A DNA stretch of 63,416 nt, the filler included, from Perkinsus chesapeaki ATCC PRA-425 (lineage: Eukaryota; Protista; Perkinsozoa), in the NCBI GenBank assembly GCA_013115145.1. It is 4 parts of 4 records of this genome, joined end to end, with 100 filler letters (N's around TTAATTAATTAA, not from the genome) between each part and the next. Parts side by side here need not be neighbours in the genome. Positions count along the whole stretch, not along the records: positions 1 to 31,719 come from JAAPAO010000414.1; 3 more parts are not named here. One strand, written 5' to 3'. Positions 1 to 14,937 of the stretch are shown here, piece by piece. The position numbers and the translations under genes were made by a program. The notes under the pieces are model-generated. The model was not told the DNA's origin. It worked only from the letters and a program-made list of their open reading frames with translations, and ran no database searches. The first letter of the stretch is position 1. Every line of letters begins with the position of its first letter.

Positions 1-241
1 GTTAAGGTTATTGGCTTGCGTTATCTTATAGAACTTGGACAGTAACTGGTATTGTCGTCATTAACCCTAACACCGATTTTAGCGGAGCGAAGCATGTTCG
101 GATCGATTTGACAGAGAAATACGGTATGAATTTTAGTCTGTATCGTCCCTACTGGCTACATGAAGAGCTATATTATGTATAGCTGTACATTCAATAACTG
201 ATATATATCGACACAAGGAAGACCATCAACGGCTGAAACGG

Positions 242-490
242 CTAAGTCAAATACACAATGTGGTGAAGCCTTAAATAGGGAAGCATTAAAACATATAAAA
301 AAGGATAATTTCGATAGATGGACTAAGAACTTCAATAACTATATTAATGTCAACTACTCTGGAATGAAGCCATTTGGCTGGTGTTATGATCCTGGTCAAT
401 TGAAATGGTTCAGAAGCGAAAACTGCCAACATTTGCTAAAGGCTTGTAATGACGATAAGGCCGACGATTCTGAAAAGATTCTTCAGAGGT
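242..490 (+). CDS. Probable coding exon of an unidentified multi-exon gene (partial)
   Basis: Stop-free frame AKSNTQCGEALNREALKHIKKD...KILQR ending at an AG|GTTGAC donor-like site; no family recognised. Confidence 0.3.
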
Positions 491-684
491 TGACCTGCAG
501 TCTCTCGTGTTCATGCCACGAAATGACTGGGCTGGCAGGATATGAAATTCTTGGCATATTGCAGCGCCGACCTTACCAGCTCGGTGTTGATAAAATAACT
601 ATTGTATTTGTCGGTTTGTGTATTTGTATGTAGATGGCAATACAACGGAGGGAGTTCTCCCTCATAATAGCAGCGAAACGGCCC

Positions 685-1010
685 TTATGATGTTTGGTAT
701 GCTGCATATTGCGGTAATGCCACAAGGTTCCGAAGTGACCTCAAAAATATCTTTGAGCTCATCAAGATGTCAGGTCTAGCTTTTGAAAGATAAGACATGT
801 AGGAGCTGGTTTCGGTACTGATGAACATGCCATTGAGAACGAAGCTTATAACGTCGACTTGCTCAACGCCGTTCGAGAGGTTCTTAATGGTCACCACACA
901 GTCACTGTTATTCCTTTTTAGAGGTATCTAGAGGTCGACCTTACACTACACACGATGGCTTGCACTTCACCTGTGAGATATGCAAGCTTTGCGTGAAGAA
1001 TCCTGATATG
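685..1010 (-). CDS. 3' exons of a hypothetical protein
   Basis: Exon-like frames HIRILHAKLAYLTGEVQAIVCS and NNSDCVVTIKNLSNGVEQVD...AAYQTS* separated by a GTAAGG..AG intron; product unknown. Confidence 0.3.
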
Positions 1011-1629
1011 GTTGGTGTGTATTGGTGGATTATTAATACTATTATTGACTGTGTTGCCCACTAAAAGTCATCGTAAAATCGTTGTCTTTGCCACTAGATG
1101 ATGAAATAGGCATTTGTTCGCTTTTTGGTAGCATATGCTATCCTGAGGACCATACTTCACTTTTCATACTTGCCGCCGTTGCACAGCAAACTGCACAAAT
1201 TGACAGCTATCGCAGTACAATTACCCTTTCTGCTGCCAAGTGATAATGGTTAAGTTGCTATCTTAAAATCACACATAGACACCCTCGTCCCACTGACATA
1301 CCACTCTTCACTCCGGCACAACAGGAATCACACTTCACCATGTGTCAAAGCCGGTGGGAAGTTTCCTTTGCCACCCGACTGGCCCATCATATCACAGAAC
1401 CTGTGACTTTAAAACATGTTCTACATTCACTATGGCAGATGTCTTGTTTAAGTGATTCAATATATTAACACACATCAACGCATAGATTCATACCGTTCCC
1501 TTTTCATAAAAGTGCGCGATACGTTTGTTAAGTATCAGATAGTTCCATAGCGATCCGCGGACCCGAACACATGAGAGGCGTGAAAGTGTAGGAAACACGC
1601 CTAGTAGTGTGTTGTTGTCTGTGTCGTCC

Positions 1630-3016
1630 TACGTCGGAAGTAAGGCCTCATTATGCGGTTCTGGGGTTAAACAGTGAGATTCAAAAACTTGGGTGTTGAA
1701 CGGAACGCCCGATAGTGTCTGTTGGTTGTAGTTTTCTTTCCATAATGAGTGAGATGCGCTTGTCCAATGAATTTGATACCTTATTTCCGCTAGACATGGA
1801 TCTATCCGGTTTGAGAATAGGTAAGCCAGTCTCCCGGCTGCATCGTAGCCACGCCCGATTTTAAGGGAACGGACAGAAATTTGGGGCAAATACGACGGGG
1901 AAAGTGAAGTGTAGTGGCGTGTTGAAGTGGTGTTGCCATATACGCCCTCACTAAATAGGCGTCAGAGACTTGAACTTGTGGATGATGACTCATCACTTCA
2001 TCACTGATGAAGATAAACGGGGCAATTATATAATATCATCGACAACTGTTGAGTGGTGTTACACCAGTGTTGTTATGAAGCTACTCTTCATTATTTTAGT
2101 TATTATTGAAAGCTCCGAGAACAGGCTGATAGTTAAGGCCGTTAAAAAGGATCTCCAGGACAAGCTGGCTCTGTATAATAATGCTGCATTGGATCTAGAT
2201 GAAGTGTATCTGTTATCATTGCTATTGCTCAATAGTATGTTATTATCAGTTACATCACAAGTGCTTGGCAAATACCTTACACAGTGGGGGAAGTGTACCG
2301 ACAACATGGCCAAAGATTCGATCCATTTCCTATAATAGTAGTTTTAGCGTGCCTCATCGAAGAGAGCATTCCAACTGACTTCAGGTTAGTCAGTATTTGC
2401 TTTATTATTAATATTCACAACAGGTCACTATGTGATAGTATATCATCCAGTTTGATGAGAGTTAGTATTGATAATAACATACCGTTGGTGAATGGCGTAA
2501 TAATGGCGGCAACTGAGCTGCAAGCTGAGAGAATATGTCAAGGACGCGGCAGCAGTCTCACCGGAAACCATGTATCGATCTGGAGCTCAACTTTTGTTAG
2601 AGTGTATTCCCCAAATTTGCCACGAACTCTACTACCATACTTTTCTCCATTCTCGATATGGCATCACCTGCGCCGAGGTTGAAGGTCCTGTGCATGCCGG
2701 TCTTTGTGGTGGTGGCATGGCCATTTTTGGAAGGAAGCCTCGTTTTTGTTGTGGTGCGGTGTACACCAGGTTCCTAATTCTGGCAGAATAAAGTCGTTTT
2801 CCGGGTAGTTTTCCGAACTCCGAAATGTAGGAAGTTAAATAGGAAGAGGAGAAGTGGCTCATCCCGCAAGGAAGGCACGATAATGCTCATTCACTTCAGG
2901 AGACCTTCGGTGGTGAGCTGGCCACCGAGGCGATATGTCTGCCTGGCATCAGGAGGGTTATCAAGAACTTGGACGCCGATGAAGATATCAAAACTGAGGA
3001 CTCTGAAGTGTTATGA
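1630..3016 (+). CDS. Hypothetical multi-exon protein, possibly helical-repeat
   Basis: Series of short frames flanked by GT/AG (MSEMRLSNEFDTLFPLDMDLSGLRI; SENRLIVKAVKKDLQDKLALYNN; VLACLIEESIPTDFR; LREYVKDAAAVSPETMYRSGAQLLLE; ETFGGELATEAICLPGIRRVIKNLDADEDIKTEDSEVL*); 5' end uncertain. Confidence 0.4.
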
Positions 3017-3445
3017 CGTTTCTGTTTCAAGTGTTGGGTTTATCTAGGCCCGTGGCGAGCGAAACGAGGAGTACTTGTACGCTTTGGTAGGGAATTTTGT
3101 CCTCAACTGCACTGGTGGGATGAGGAAAGCCACACGTTGTCTTTTGGGAGCGTTCGATGTTCTATGATGACCGCTTGAGTTTGATACGTCTGGTGGTTTG
3201 TTAGTCACAATTGTGCCATTGTCTATCTTTGCGCATGCGTGCAAGCCGTTACATTGGTACGATGTGTTCTTAGAACCAACTCAAGCGGTAACTATGTAGG
3301 ATGTGACGTGTCACTTGTTGGTATGGTGGACGATATGAAAAATAATTGATGTGGCCGGGCTGTCACATTTTCCGACATTCCGTTTCCACGACTGGAATGT
3401 CATTTCTAAAATTGTCCCGCAGTAGCATATTGAGTATTATTCAAT

Positions 3446-6480
<3,035 letters not shown>

Positions 6481-7720
6481 GGTAGCTGCTGACTACTCTT
6501 ATTCAATCAACACTGCACCAAATGACATCTCAATAGCTTCTGTCTCCTTTTGTGTCGAGTTGTTGAAGATCCACGGCGTAGACAGGAATCATAAGGACAG
6601 TATCCGTATCCTGGATGTAGCGTATTTGAGGTATGCTCTCTGTTCATATCGGTATCACACCGGCCTGGTAAAGATTCCGTACAATCCTACCTGGGACCTT
6701 GTAAGGAATATCTTTTAAATATGGTAGCCTCATAATGGGCGATAGCAAGCTGCTGTACTGGTGGAGAGAGATGCATCTTCTTGTTCTAGTCCTCATGGTC
6801 CCGGTCCGGCCTTCGAGGCGCTAAGGGCCGCCAAACTTGGACTGAGCATCTAAATTGAGACTCATTGAACGTTGACAACGGAAAGTTCGTAAAAACGACA
6901 TATATGTAAAATTTCATCACAAATTTAAAACTAAGTCATAAATTTCGTTAATCACCACGTCATCTGCGGCGCTAACCCATGCCGAAGGGTATGAGACCAA
7001 CTGAGAAGGAGAACGAGTAAGTGGTAGCTTTACTGCACGAATCTGGCGTGGATTCAGCATTTAACGTTCCTTATTTATATTCCTTAATGCTTGCAAGCAA
7101 TGACAGCCCGTTGGCGAGTGTGGGTATTGATGATGATATGTATGATAGAGAGGTTGGAGTGGATATAAAGGATGCAGCCTTAGCTGTTATAAAAGGGGAA
7201 AAGAATATTAAAAGGGTACTATTGGTTTTTATCTCTCACCACCACCACCCAATCGCCACACCAAGCAGAATGTCCTTTCGTTGGGTAAAGTAGATAGTTG
7301 CCTTGCATAATATCTGACAGGTGGTATACGCATTTCGAGTTCGAGATCGACTTGCAGAATCTTGTAAAGTTTCTCAAAGCTCCACTTCTTTCGTGAGCAT
7401 ATGAAAGGGATCGTGTTTGTATTGGGACGCTCAGTAGAGGTCTGTCGTTTTTCTGGTGGGTATGATGGAGCCAAGAGAGCGGTAAACATAGGAAGATATT
7501 ATATAGTATTAGGCAGAATGTAAAACTGAAAAGGGTGGAAGGTTATAATAAGAGAGAGTGGTCGGTAGTGTTGTGTGTCATCGCTTCAGCTGACGTGCCG
7601 TACGTCATGATTATAAATTGAACGGGCGAAACACCTGAAGGTTATTGATAGGGTGAATAATGTTAAGTTTGATAATTTCGTTGGAAGCCCTTCGTTTATT
7701 AAAGTACTGTTAAGCCCAGT

Positions 7721-10700
7721 GTGAAGGACAAGATGCGCTCGCTGAACGTGGCCTTCTCTCAGCTTCGAGCGTATTATTGGCCCCACTTTATACGGACTGT
7801 AGTTGACGGCTCCGATTATGAGGCAAATAGGAGGCATTATCGTTCGCTGCTGTCGAAGCATCAACCAAAGAGTGGTGGGTTATTGACTAAGCAATTCAAG
7901 GGAATGGACCCGAATGTAGTGCTGCTGCCGCTGCTGCTAGGAGAGGGTGAATGGGGAGGACCAATGTGGTAGGTTTGCAACCCATTGTCGAAGGCATCGG
8001 AGAATCCATGGAATCAAGAGCATAAGAAAACGGATATTATGAATGAGATTTGGTTGGATGTGTCGAGTAAGGTGGTAGCAGTTAAGAATGGATGTAAAGG
8101 GGGAGCGTTATTAGGGACTAACTACAGCAATCGGGAATGGTTTGGTAAAGAGGAGAACCAAAGACGAATGCAAAGGATATTATATGTAATAGTCAACAAC
8201 ATCATGTACAGCAGGGCTGCCAGTTCGATATGTAAATGGATGAAAATTTAATTTACTTAATTCCCAAGAAAAAGGTCGTTCTGGTTTGGTTAAGTAGCAT
8301 GTCGATGTACTCCAAACTGAAGTAGACGGGAATTTGATTATCTGATGGACGACGGCAGATGAGCTGGGCTTGACCGATGTGAAGGGGGCTGATGGACAAT
8401 TGTGTGAATCTCACGTATTTATATTTTCCGGAGAGGAGTTGAGCTGGTTCAAGCTGTTGTTGTTGATGATGTTATCATCTCCGATACAGTAACGTGTTTC
8501 CTCGTCCTCATGAGTATATATAGTATTTAGCATTATTAATAACGATTACTTGTGGGCCACAAATGAAATCATGGTGGCTCATCATTCCTCTATTGGATGT
8601 GTTATAGCAAAGGTGTACTGATAATCCGGGTTTTCGGGTTTCTATCCCGTTATTCGGGTTTTCGGGTTTCTATCCCTTTATTCGGGTTTTCGGGTTTCTA
8701 TCCCTTTATCGTATTAGGTATGGTGTAAGGAACGGAATAAAGAGTATCGGCAAGGTATGAGTGATATTGCAACAGTGTTATTGTAAGTAAAGGAGAAGGG
8801 TTATGAGGGAACTGTAGGGGAGTAGTAAAGAAATAAAGGGCCTTCGCGTTTGGTAGGCAAGTTAATGGAAATTGAATATTTCGCCGAGACAAGTATATGG
8901 TAGCATTGCTTAGTGCATTCATCGACCTAAGATATTCCAATGAATCGGTTACATTTTGTCATAAATCGGTTAAGTCATAGCGTATCCTTTGATCCATGTC
9001 AGGTATGGTATAATTGGTGATGAGTCCGGCAATAATATTACCTCCGATGGAGCTGCCGATGGCGAGGCTGATGCCTACATCTTGTTCGATGCTATCATGT
9101 CTGGCCACATATCCCATTCTGATATGTTTTACTCGGATGCAGCTCCAGGTAGGATCTACACGCTTTCAGATGAAGGGCCCGGGATATCTGTCGCCATCCC
9201 TTATCGAACCGTCACGGGACATGTCCTTGTTGAAATCCAAAATTGTCAGAATTTTCCAACACATTTGGGAGGCCGCATAAATGTATTATAAGACGGCTTT
9301 TAGGCTATCACAATAACATCTCTCCTCTGGCACCATCAGCAGCAGCGCCGCCAAAGTCCAGAATACTCGAACGCTGCGAGCATATATTCAACGTCCTTCT
9401 TCCCAAAGCCGACAGGGATCTTAGCGACCATTTGCATAAGTGAGAGTTGCGGAGATCTTAGTTTTCTTATTTTGTCGGTTTAGTTCAGCCAAGGTGGCGC
9501 CATCGCTGTTTTTGATGAGGTGGGTGAGGCTACTTTTTGCCAGGGAAATGCACGTAGTCGAGGTGCTCAGAGTAAGTGAGACGTGTCTACATGCGACTTA
9601 GATTTTTTTCAGTTGTGGGACATGCTATTTGCTGATTCCTATTTGCATTGGGTTAGCACTAATGAGGTTGCGCTGCCCTTAGTGGACTTTATGGCGGTGT
9701 CTATGATACTGCAAGTTAAAAGTAAAGGGAACTTGTTTATTAGCTTGTTTAATTTGTTATTAGGCACTCTAATGGTCGGCGACAACACTGCATGTTTGCA
9801 GAGGTTAATGCGGTAAGATGATGATCGACCTACTGTCCCAGGAGGCGGTCGCTGTTAGGTACCCTCCAGTAGAGCATGTAGAGCCATTAGTCGGGGTAGC
9901 ATTGAGGCTTCGTGATGGGGACAAAGCATTGCGTCCGCGGATAGTATCTGATAACGTTGATGATGCAAGGGTAGCAGAAGATGAGTCAATCGTGGAGGAG
10001 CAGTCGGCATCTCCGGTAGGTGTGGCGTGGTTGATATGTTTCAAATTATTAATACTTATAATAAGTACTTAAGTAATAATTACTTATTAATACTAATTAT
10101 TTCATTGCATCGACTTAATCAATCTCTCGTTCCGCCATTAAGAGTCAGCCTCCACGAATGTTCTCATCTGATCAGGTTTCAGAGCACCTTGACCAGCAGC
10201 AAACGAGTGAGCCACGGTATAGTCAGGCAACTACACAGCAGACTAACTCATCGATGAGGCAGTTGCCAATCGATCCTCTTCGAGTAAGCTCACCACCCCT
10301 GACTGTCACGCAAACCGCTGCTCAGGCGGAGCATCCCGGCTCCCTGTCAGCCCTGTTTGGGTCGGTTGTACATTCCGCAGTGGATGCATTCTCAACTGCC
10401 CTTGCAGAAGGCCGTCCAACGCCACAGTCATATGATGGTAAACCTCAAGGTGTATCCAATACGAGGCTGGAGGGGCAGGGTACAGCAAGCCCGGTGAATA
10501 CAGTCACGCCACCTGACCAGGTTTGTATCTTCGAATTGATTGACGATATTGATACTGGCAGATTCGAATGCCAGGAGATCTGACAGACTCTTGGGAGGAA
10601 GGAGACTTCGGGGATAACTCACCGCAGAAGGATGAAGACAGCCATCGACCATGCGAGGTGCTCTAGTTGGGCATATACATTATTTAGAGTGGCTTTTAGG

Positions 10701-10885
10701 TTACTGATACAGAACTAGAACGGTGGCAGCGAGCTCTTGACGATACCATAGCTGTTATTAGTGGAGCTGCTCTCTCCTCTGATACCACTCTCGCTGATAG
10801 TGCTATAGATAGGTTACGTGACATATCAGCGAGTATTGGTGAGGCTCGGCGGCGACGGCAAGACTTGCCGCCCACTGTAGACTGA
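7721..10885 (+). CDS. TBC-domain Rab GTPase-activating protein, TBC1D5-like (multi-exon; start not resolved)
   Basis: Exon motifs LRAYYWPHFI, DPN|VCNPLSKASENPW..IMNEIWLDVS, EADAYILFDAIM, SRILERCEHIFNVLL..DRDLSDHLH, LWDMLFADSY, VDFMAVSMIL, GDNTACLQRLMR|YPPVEHVEPLVGVALRLRD match the remembered TBC1D5 pattern; last exon ends DLPPTVD* at 10885. Confidence 0.75.
8627..8709. repeat. 28-bp tandem repeat x3 (CGGGTTTTCGGGTTTCTATCCC[G/T]TTATT), intronic
   Basis: Units start at 8627, 8655, 8683. Confidence 0.95.
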
Positions 10886-11280
10886 CAACAAGTTTCTATG
10901 TGGCTTGACTTAGTGTTGTGTATCGAAGTAACAAACGAACTCCGAACGAGATGCTACCTTGTACAACTGAGAAAACGACTTTTCAGAAACCATGGTTTGA
11001 GGGGTCGTGATAGGATGAACTGTAGCTTTAAAGTAGTCTACCCTGTTGACCGGTAATACGCTCGGCATTGTCGATAGTAGTGCCAAGTCGCAATGAAAAA
11101 GCAGCGGTGCGGCATATCTGAATGTCAGGCGGCGTGTGACGTGACACATCTCAAGTGTATTTGGGTCACGCTAATAGTTTCGACGTATTATACCACATCT
11201 TTACCGTTTGGTTAGAAGTCGAACTGCATAGGCTAGTGGATACTGTACGCAGGTGAAATCTTGCCATACGCACCGTCACA

Positions 11281-11430
11281 ACATACGTAACTCTGGTACA
11301 ATTTAGTGCGTTATAGAATCAATATTCTACAACTCGTACGGTATGAAGTCCTCATCCTATAATTCAAGGCCCCTGTCGTACCCACATACCGGATGATATA
11401 GATAGTTAGCAGGTCAGAAGAGCAGTGGGG
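11281..11430. repeat. Diverged dispersed repeat, copy A
   Basis: Shares ordered blocks ACATACGTAACT, TGCGTTATAGAATC, ATTCTA, CACATA, AGTTA.CAG, AGAGCA with 13801-13950. Confidence 0.6.
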
Positions 11431-12027
11431 ATGAGAGACGCAACTAGGACATAACGCGGCGCCACGGTCGGCAAGCAACGCGCCCCTGGCCTCCTCGCTA
11501 CGACTCTACTAGATGATCAGAAAACGACCATGATTAGAAAGTACACCGGAAGCGATATTCAGAGTAGGATTTAATTAGGATGGAAACTCACGTAATGGTA
11601 CAAGACCCGCTCAAGGGTGACCATCTAGCAAGTCGACCTAAACGTATACGCCCCCGCCTCACCGGCGACGCTACATCAGCTCCATTCATGTCAGCGATGG
11701 AGGCGATGACGCTCCACGCCCTGCCGTGTGGCCGTGTGGACTTTGGGAGGAAATAGCCTGTGCTAGGGATCATCATCTGACCGAGTCTGTGGATACAATC
11801 TTTCTACAGACAACCCAAGGCTTGAAATATGATATATATTGCAGATCAGGTCGCCGCCATGACATTCGGGGGTGGCCCTAGACGCGCCAGGCCGAACTGT
11901 TTTTTTGTCGCGTCTCATGACGTGACACCAACACATCGCTCGGCGATTGATTAGACGAATGAAAGTCGGACTGTGAGCTTGATTGACTGTTCTTCCAGGC
12001 TCGTTAAGTTCCACTTTTTTATACCTG

Positions 12028-12389
12028 ATGCTCCGCTCTCTTCTCTCCATCATGTTCTTTTGTGAGATCACTGCCCACAGCCCGGGGAACAGTCCGCAGC
12101 CTACAAAGCCTCCGCTTACTGCTAGAGAAGAGATCCGCCGTACTGAGAAAATTTTGACGATCTGCAGGACGCCTCGTCTGGCGAAGCATTATGCGTGCTT
12201 CGAGTTGAGTTGAGTTGCTTTTACGTTGAGTTATCCCAGATATGTTATCAATGCGCCTCAGCCAACTTGGAGAATGGTGGCAACTTTCGTGAAGTTGAAG
12301 ACCTTTGCTGCTACCGTGGCCCAGGGGAGGACTTGAGGGTTTACGACTTATGTAACTCCACATTCGTTCAGGACCCTCGCATCACATAA
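12028..12389 (+). pseudogene. Small Cys-rich, possibly secreted protein interrupted by a 5-bp GAGTT expansion
   Basis: ATG 12028 MLRSLLSIMFFCEITAHS (hydrophobic N-terminus); (GAGTT)x3 at 12202-12216; deleting one unit fuses it to the 12195-12389 frame. Confidence 0.35.
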
Positions 12390-13800
12390 CCTGTTTTGCT
12401 TCTGCTGCTATCTCAAGATATATGGTGGAGGCTGCACTGCTAGATACTATGGTCTCGACACTCGTTTTTCACGCTAGTCTGCTATTACGGTCTGTTAACG
12501 AGAGCTACATGGATGGATGGAACCATTTGTCTATCTGTTTTGTCCTCTGCCGAGGACAAGAGTTAACTGTACCACCTCGGTGATTCCTCTCGTCATTACG
12601 TTTTTATTCTCTTATCTGTTAAGAGTAAATCTGAGAGTCTTACCGTTTTAACTGGAGAGTCTTGGCGTGTTGAGTTAAAGTTGAATTGAGCTCAGATATC
12701 ACGTGTTACCCTCACTGCGGGCCACACAGTGTAACCGCTGGACCACGCTAAGATTTCACAGCCCTTGCAAGTCATTTGTGGTGCATGAGCGCCTACAGCA
12801 GTGTACTCTACTAGCTTTAGAGCGAGTCAGTCGTGGTGCGACATGTAGGATCTATGTTGTAGACTAATGGAGACGAAAAAAGAGATACGACAAGTATAAT
12901 CGATAGCACTGCTGAGTTAGTAAAGGAAGCCAACTTTGCGAGAGCGAGGATTCGCTGACCACTCTTACTATCTGACGAGCATATTATACTCCAGTGGCAT
13001 AGATGAATTTAAACATCAGCTTGTTGCTCGCTTGGTATGAGCTTAACTGTGAACACCACGCAGCGCGAAGAGCGGGGAAATGAGACAGTAAGCGGGTCAT
13101 AAGTTAAGAAATGAGATTCGGCTGACGATAGGAAGCTAATAGGGAGAGTTAGCAGCGAAGTAGTAGAAATATCAAAATCCATTCAGACATCTCAATAGTG
13201 TGGGAAAGATATCTTGACGGCGGCTAGAAGATTCCTAGTTGCAACCTAGGATGGCTTCCGCGTCTGGTGGGTCGAAAGGGTAAATAGAGTTTATTATCCC
13301 TAGAGGTTGAGTAGTATGAGGCGACGCGTGTAGAGCTTGACAATCTGTGATCGGAGTAGGCTTCGGTGAAGCCCTGCCTTCCGTATACGGTACCGCTCCC
13401 TGCCGATGTCACCACATGAGAAGCCGAGTCACTTCGACGTAGTGACATGACGACACGAAGACATCTTTCTGAAGTATTCTCCGAGAGGCACCGATTCTCA
13501 TCCTCCCTATCGCAACTGTGATAAACCATGCAGTGTTCTTTTATGAATGCCAAAAGGTGACGCCAGGTGGCGTGACACACGCTGTATTCAATCACTTGCG
13601 TTTATATCACGCACATACAATGTACACATCCAGACGGTGTGAACACCTCAGCAGGGGCTGCCTTGTAACGAGCACGACTCGAGATACCACTGGGTTACCG
13701 TTGATAGATGACGTCATTCCTAAGCAGGTGATGTAATAGACATTCAAATTTGAATCTTAGTCTTCAAAAAGCTATATTCAGTAGGGAAGATCTTATTACC

Positions 13801-13950
13801 ACATACGTAACTTGGAGTTCTGTACACGGTAATGCGTTATAGAATCGGCATTCTATCATATGTGGGGTGCAAACACCTCGTCCAATACTCCAGGATCCTA
13901 GCTGTATTCACATAAAAGATTCGTAGTTACCAGAGGGTGAGAGCATAATG
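13801..13950. repeat. Diverged dispersed repeat, copy B
   Basis: Same ordered blocks as 11281-11430. Confidence 0.6.
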
Positions 13951-14937
13951 TCGACGGCCTTTCTTTCAACCCCCTCGTCAGTGTCAACGGCAGGCACAAA
14001 TTGTAACCAGTCCGTTAGTTTTCACCCAAAATATCATCAACTACCAACCTGCATAAACCTAACTACCTATTTGAGTGATATTTTCCGATAATCCTCATCG
14101 AGGCTTCCTCGGGTAATTATGTCTAATTGTGTTTATTCGGCAATTTAACACAGCTACGCAACTTCATAGAAGTTCATACCGCTTTCTCGGCAAGCGGCAA
14201 TACTTTGGATGATACATGTCTGGTCTCATATCAATAGTATGTTGAAAGTATGTTGTTCCGCGTTGAAAATCGCATTAGAATCGTTGCCTCCGTCGATCGA
14301 ACCCCATATCTCTCGGTTATAAATTTTACGCAGAGCGCTCTACTAACTTAACCATATGAACCGTTAAATACTATTCTCCTCCAGTGCATGGCGTCGTCAA
14401 GCTGGGTATGACAGTGACTGTCCATAACCCTGGCAGCCACCGAAGCGGCGTCTAGTATAGTGGTTTAGTTACTAAACTTTAGTATAGTGGTCTTTATCGA
14501 GAATGAAAAAGTCCCGAGCAACCTTGGTGAGAAGCTTCGTACTTCGGATGTGGATGTAACTTAGCGGTAGGATACATGACTATCTATCGCGAGGGCGCAG
14601 TTTCGAACCCTCCAACGTAAGATTTGAGCCAACCACAGCGGGCAAGAACTATCATCCAGTAGGTAGCCGGCGAAGCCGGCAGGAAAATTTTTCTGATTAG
14701 TGCAAAAGTGTATATTTCACCCATCGTTATGTGGGCAATTATCAATTTTTCCATCTGTAAAAACACCAATGAGAGGAAAAGCCAACAAACAGAGTTATTC
14801 CCAACCGGTTAGAAAAAAAGCAGTTGGCAAAAGGGCTTTATTCCGATGTTAGCGATAAACGCGAGGAGGCCAAAAGCGCGGCCGCCAACTACCTTGAAAA
14901 TTGAAAATAACGCAAACACTCAATCATTGGTAGTAGA

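Noticed and set aside
7970-7972. In-frame TAG between two TBC ORFs, suggesting stop readthrough
   Set aside because: It is the acceptor of a 57-nt intron (DPN|VCNPLS)
13224-13595. 123-aa ORF in the gene-poor block
   Set aside because: No motifs, splice pattern or homology evident
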